The notes beneath the pieces are model-generated. The model did not search any database. It was not told the DNA's origin and was given only the letters and a program-made list of their open reading frames with translations. This document shows positions 58,293 to 64,000 of a DNA stretch of 64,000 nt, piece after piece (position 1 is the stretch's first letter; each line of letters opens with the position of its first letter). Position numbers and translations under genes: made by a program. This DNA is from Curvularia clavata (taxonomy: Eukaryota), in contig CP089277.1 in the NCBI GenBank assembly GCA_023920165.1, positions 1,984,001 to 2,048,000 of the forward strand. Direction: 5' to 3'.

Positions 58293-59620
58293 CGGTTTTG
58301 GTGTTGAGGATATCTGAGGGTTGAAGGAGCACAAGTCAGGAGTGCTCAAGAGCTGTTGATCGGGGCGGACAGGCCGAGAGTGAAGCGGCGGCCGGCCTTA
58401 TCTTTATCATGCATGCTGGCGGCAAGTTTGCCCGGCCACAGTGGCGCACAGACGCTAGCAAACCGGCGAATGACGTCGACAGGCCGCCTCGCACGTGTTT
58501 GCACGCACAGCCTCAGTGGCGCGCTCCCTCTGCTCCTCTCCACCGACGCTGACGCCTTTGCTTGTTTGTTGAGCCTCTCGCGGCTGCAATCCACGCCCAA
58601 GAACGTCCTCGAAGCATCCGGCTTGTGTAGCCAACGAAAGCCATGTGGCACCTTCTGTTTGGCACGTCGCGTCATGGCCTAGGATCGTCATAACAATGGA
58701 CACACAAGCGACAGCATGGTCCGACTCGCCCCAGGTCTGGATTCAGGATTGCAGCCTCGTCTCTGGACACGCAGCCGGTTTGCTTGTGCTGCGCATCCTT
58801 GCCACTGATTCAGGAATATGGCTTCACTTGGCACCGTCATACTAGTACCAAAGCGATGCGACCAGTGCACCAACAAGCTCCACACCGACTCCCCTGGATT
58901 TCTTTTCCGGCAAGCTGTCCGAAGTGCACCAATCAACTCGTCTTGCACGCGCGCCCAAGCATTACAAGCTCTTTGGCCGGGAACTCTTCTCTTTGCTTCG
59001 TCGTCTACGTCTCAAACCTGTGGGCCACGAAAATGATTCTTCCCTACGGCACACGAGCCGTCACGGAAAAAAGCGACTCCAATGAGCCAAGGCAAATAAA
59101 CTAGGACAGTTCCCCTTTAGAATATTATAGTTGGCTTTCTAGGCGGGGGGTAGAAAATGTTCGGTGCACTGCCAGCACACGACAGTGTCAAGTGTGTTCA
59201 ATCCAAGCGCCCTGTATTGAGTCATAGATCTGGGCTAGACAAGATAGCTGGTTTCGTTCCCGCCCGTTTCCCCGCTTAGCTCTGATTGGTTGTATGATCA
59301 CGCCTTGCAGAGGGAATGTCAGAGGATAGAACGAGACATGCGCGCGCGCCATATATGCTATGATACAGGTGGAAAGTACAAAGTAGTATGCTTGCCTAAG
59401 AAGTCACGTGCATCTCAGCTTGCTGTCGTGTGCTACTCAGGTCTGCAGCACCATTGGCCACCACCACCTGTGCTTACATTCCATTGTCGGGAGCGTCTGC
59501 CTTCCTGTTGCACAGCCTCAACCCCGCAGTCGTCTTTAAGCATCGGCACGCTCCATACATGCCAGAGGCATTCATCTCGCAACTAATACTTCCCCTTACC
59601 ACAGCCTTGTACCAGTCATC

Positions 59621-60247
59621 ATGGGCCGGTGGACAGACATGGACAGTGTACGCAAAAGTAACCCTACTTACTTCTGCATGCTCCCACTAATCCCAGGATA
59701 GGATGCTGAACGGCTTCCTTCGGGCTTCGAGCGCGTAGGCTACGACGCCGACACGCAGATCTATAGCTTTCGCGACTCCGACGGCAACATGTACGAGTCG
59801 GAGCCTGGCAATCGCTATGGTGAATTGCGCCTCGTTGGATCACTATCGCGACAACCATCGTCCGACTCCATCGACTCCTTTGACAAGCGGAACACGCATC
59901 CCGCACAAACCTTTGACGAAATATTCGAAGAGCCCGGATATGCTCTGAGAAAGGGCAACAGGGAGGCGGTGCGTATGATGATGCCGTTCGCGCTCATAGT
60001 CCTCGTCTTCTTGATCCTCGTCTTCAAGCTCGTGTACAGAAGCGATGGCGAGTCACTAACTGGTCCCAAAGAGTCGGTTAGCTGCCATCAAGGCAGTCAT
60101 GAAATTCAAATTGAGCAAGGAGATACGTGCTGGGCTATTGCCCAAGCTCGTGGTATCACTGTGGAGGAATTGCTAGGACTAGGCGGAAACGAGAATGTGG
60201 ATTGTGATCAATTAGCGGTTGGAAAGGGCATATGCGTGCCCAAGTAG
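59621..60247 (+). CDS. single-pass membrane protein with C-terminal LysM (CBM50) domain
   Basis: MGRWTDMDS|DAERLPSGFERVGYDADTQIY (intron ~59648-59701), TM PFALIVLVFLILVF, LysM IEQGDTCWAIAQARGITVEELL..N..C..LAVGKGICVP. Confidence 0.85.
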
Positions 60248-60630
60248 ACGAAGGCCGTCTCATGTTTTGTTTTTTCATTTATTGCGATAGGGTTCTGGGA
60301 ACTCCATTTGCACCATCCAAGGCATATCCAAGTGCTGCAGTTCATGCATCCAGCCTTACTTGAGGCCGGGTATCCAACGTGATCTGATTATCGCGCTGAA
60401 CGTAAATGAGCCAATGACACACCGAACGCCACGCCTGTGCCTCAATCAGGCATCCAGCACAGCCACCGGCACCCTGTATCTCAGCCTAAGTTAAGTTGCA
60501 TATGGTTGCGTGTCGTTGTCTGTTCTTCATCCATTTACATTCACCACTCGGTTCTTGTGTCTCGGCCATAGTGACGCGAACGTGGCAACGGACAAATCAC
60601 GATAGAAACGCCTTCTAGTGCCATTTTACC

Positions 60631-62708
60631 ATGATGACACCAAAAGGAAAGAACAAAGCCGCCAGCATCTGGTCCGTTGACTCGGGCTATGCATCGAACA
60701 CTCTCGAGGAAGATGAGGGCTCCCACGTACACACCCCAGAGCCAAAGTACCCACAATGGGTGATTGCTGATCCTGCTAGACCGACCTTCTTGAGAGCATC
60801 TCCCTCACCCAAGAGCCGCCCTCTTCATTTCAGCAGAACTCGTACTCAAGTTTCGGTGATTTCTTCAAGGTCCAGGTTGAAGGCCAGCTACGCTTGCAAA
60901 GGCCGGATTCTCCGACTGCACCAGTGACCACTAGGCTTAATGTCTTCACGACAAAAGTGGATTCCAGGAGCGATGTCGAGCAGGCAGCTGGTGCCGACGA
61001 AGAGTGTGTTTTGTGCAGGCTGTGGGATATCACTAATCCCGGCGAGAACCTTAAATGCGAAAGATGCACTAACAAGTCCACGGTTACATTCGGAGCCGTT
61101 GGACAATCCGAGGCCGTTGAGTATTTCCAGGCTGAGCAAGCATCAATGTCCGTGGAAACCCAGATGGAGATACTTGATACACAGCAACAGCAAGGCCTAT
61201 TTCATTGCAATGGAAAAGGACAATGTTCAGCATGCAACATCTCAGTACTCATCAGCCAGGGCCAGAATGCCAACTGCAATTCTTGCAGTTCAGATTTGGG
61301 CATGTCTTCCCCAGAATCTCTCAGCAATGCGTCCCAAGTCAAGCGCTCTAGTGCTCAACGACCACCTACCAAGCTCGAGTTGCATGCTTTGCGGTGTCTC
61401 AAGACGTGGCTACGTGACAACAGCAGCAACCCATACCCCGATGCGGACACCAAGCGTACCTTGGCGGAAGAGTGTGGCATCACGGAGAAGCAGGTGGCCA
61501 CATGGTTTACCAATGCCAGAGCACGACGAAGAATCTCAGGGTATGCGGAAAGTTCGAGTTCTGGACTAGAAGGAAAAGCACATCCAGCCAGTAGACTTGC
61601 AAAATTAAGAGCGACACCTATACTCAACGGCCAATGGACCTTTGAGACATCTGATCATGTTAGCGATGAGCACCAGAAAATGCCAAAAGCTTCCCGGCGA
61701 GGCAAGAAGAAGGATTACAGTCATTTAACTACCATATGTCCTGCTACCACGGGAGTGTCAGCCTTGCCTTCAATCCCGGCATGGACGAACAGTCCACGCA
61801 ACGATAGCACAACAAGCATATGGCAGTGCACATTTTGCTATCAGAATGTCTCTCCCAAGTCTTGGCGTCGTCACGAGGAGACTCAGCATCGGCCGAAACG
61901 GAAATGGACATGTTTACATACTGGCCCAAGACTTACCACCTCTTGTTCTACTTTTCCCGTATCGTGTGCCTTTTGCATGGTCCAGAACCCTGGTGAAGAG
62001 CACTTTCAGAATTCTCACCGCATCACTGAATGCATGGCCAAGAGCGAAGAGGAGCGAACCTTTCTACGACCCGATCATCTCCGACAGCACGTGAAAAATT
62101 ACCATCAAGCATCCCTCGCCGACGTGGTGCGAGACATGTGGAGAAGAGACGGCGTAGGCAAAGACGGCGCAGAAAGCTGGACATGTGGCTTTTGCGGTCT
62201 GGAAATAACTGCATGGGATACACGACAATCGCACATCGCGGCACATTTCAAAGCTGGTTTGACAATGGCTGATTGGAAAACGTATCCCCCGCACGTTAAA
62301 ACAACTCAGTCAAGCCGGAAGCGGCCAACGTCGAGTGAAGGCCGACCAAATGTGTTTTCAAAACTCGCCAGAACTTTTACCAGTCTCACGACACGGCAGG
62401 ATGACCTGGACGGGTCGCAGAGTGGGCTCGCATATGCGTCTGGGCATGCGACAGAGTATGCACAGATTGGGAGTACACCTGAAATGCCTTTTCTGCCCGA
62501 ACTCATCTTCGACAGCTTCACAACTGGGATGTGCGGCGACGACGTTCATTTTAGCGGCGCAAGTGTTACTGACCTATCTGAAGAGGAGGCTGTGCCGAAG
62601 GATGCTCAAGAGCCGTGTTCAACGGAAACTGAGGATGCGTGGCTGAACTTGGATGACTTGACGGGGCTTGAGTGGAATGAGGAGTGCCTTGGTTTCCTTG
62701 ATTTTTAA
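60631..62708 (+). CDS. TALE-class homeobox + C2H2 zinc finger transcription factor
   Basis: Intron 60727-60779 joins the two frames. LKTWL..NPYP..K..LA..ITEKQVATWFTNARARR, plus fingers CTFC..WRRHEETQH, FLRPDHLRQHVKNYH and CGFC..HIAAHF. Confidence 0.85.
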
Positions 62709-63462
62709 CAAGCATACCTAGACGTTGGTCACACACAACTAGACGAGCTAAGGCAAAATCTGTCGGGCTATTGCATGGTTTCTGAATTGCCAATCTCTAC
62801 GGCGCAAGAGATTTCCTTTCATTAGGCTGTCCTTTTTATGCTATCCAGTCTTGTCCTTAGCCTCGATTGTAGGCTCTCACGCTAGTTTTCTACCCACAAA
62901 GCACCCACTGATACGGAAGAGGGAAATTATGACCTATGGCTGTTCCATAAAGGATTCTCAGTCGCAGGGTATTGAGACTGCGCTTGAATTGTGTGTGGTA
63001 ACATTCCTGATCACAGCCCCCACGTTTCTGCGGTGCAGAGAATGGGCCCAGTCGGGAATAGCACTTTGGGTGTCAGGTTGTACCTAGCTGACGGACTCAG
63101 CCTGGTCAATCTGGCTTGAGTTCGCCTACCTGGATCTTTCACCAAGTTCTTTTGACTTGATTTTCTACTCCTACGAAAGAAGATACAGAGCTTTCATGAT
63201 CAAGATAGGGGTTGACAACAGATCAAACTTCTGTACGATGTGGTAATCATTCGACAAAGACACATGTTGGCCTATCTCACCCATCCACTTAAGTGAAAAT
63301 CGCGCGCCTTGCGCATCAATCTCTCGCTACCCCCAAGACTCAAGCATTAAAGGAGTGCTGGTACTTCATACCAAAGCGTGCAGCTCTCATGATACAAATG
63401 CAGCGACCCTGATTCATATTAGCGCGTAGGGAATGTTTGATCAATGCAAAACTAAAGTTTGA

Positions 63463-64000
63463 TACCAGAGGAACATCTCAGCCCCTAGAACCAAGTGGAA
63501 AAGAGACGGTCGTCAAGTTGTCGACTTAGCTTCAGCGGACTTAGCTTGTGCGAAGGAATGGACGGAGAGTTGTAGGGCAGGTTATGCTTCAGATGGCGAA
63601 GGTTTTGGAAAGACATGTATAGTTCCACAGTTGAAAATGAAGACACCGCTGAGAATCATCAATCGCAAAACACTACGTTTAATGCATTGCTGCCTAATGA
63701 GTCTTATATATGCCTGGGCTATGTCTTGGATAGCAAAAGTTCCGCAAAAGCTCCTGCTAAGTCGAAGCTGGTGCCTGCAACTGTCCCTAAGATTATTTCT
63801 GATCTCATCTATGTATCTGAACAGCTTGGTATCCCTAGACTTTGGGTCGACCAGTAAGCAGTTTTTTCTATCTCTGTCAAACACAATAAACATGTAGCGG
63901 GAGCTAACGAGACATTTCCCCTTCAGGTTCTGCATCGATCAAAAAGACAATAACGCAAGGCATGAATCAACCACATCCATGCACATGATACACGGTAGCT
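63463..64000 (+). pseudogene. degenerate HET (heterokaryon incompatibility) domain gene, runs off the window
   Basis: Frame A reads GRQVV..D..AKEWTESC..PLRIIN. A frameshift near 63685 leads to YICLGYVL (degenerate YxALSYVWG)..LGIPRLWVDQ|FCIDQ..MHMIH. In-frame stops at 63427 and ~63460. Confidence 0.7.

Noticed and set aside
1..64000. CRISPR arrays, rRNA, intact transposons, secondary-metabolite backbone genes
   Set aside because: None seen: no regularly spaced repeats and no transposase, RT, PKS or NRPS motifs.

Overview
Eukaryotic, intron-containing DNA from a filamentous ascomycete. The introns are short GT-AG types with CTRAC/CTAAC-like branch sites. A nuclear atp8 gene points to a Dothideomycete, probably Pleosporales (inference). 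I can support about 26 protein-coding genes: two MFS (Dal5/ACS-type) transporters, two alpha/beta hydrolases, an AtrR-like Zn2Cys6 regulator, a class II aldolase-like protein, Vam7, EB1/Bim1, a CE3 esterase, a DOMON/CDH-cytochrome + b561 protein, ALKBH6, an F-box/LRR protein, DUF1772, NmrA-like, a DUF4451/Rua1-type factor, Sec39, a small secreted Cys protein, a long ER/K-helix membrane protein, a chitin deacetylase, a CAX exchanger, a LysM membrane protein and a TALE-homeobox/C2H2 factor. There is also a decayed HET gene at the right edge. The most notable observations are: (1) an in-frame 119-codon ORF directly behind the EB1 stop codon that ends in the same ETF C-terminal motif, suggesting readthrough or recoding; (2) a nuclear-encoded ATP synthase subunit 8, with presequence, intron and exposed C-terminal SKL, missed by the ORF track; (3) a coding-like, AUG-less in-frame N-terminal extension of the AtrR-like factor; (4) oversized, structured introns sharing a motif in one hydrolase gene. 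All family calls come from motif recognition by eye; no searches were run.
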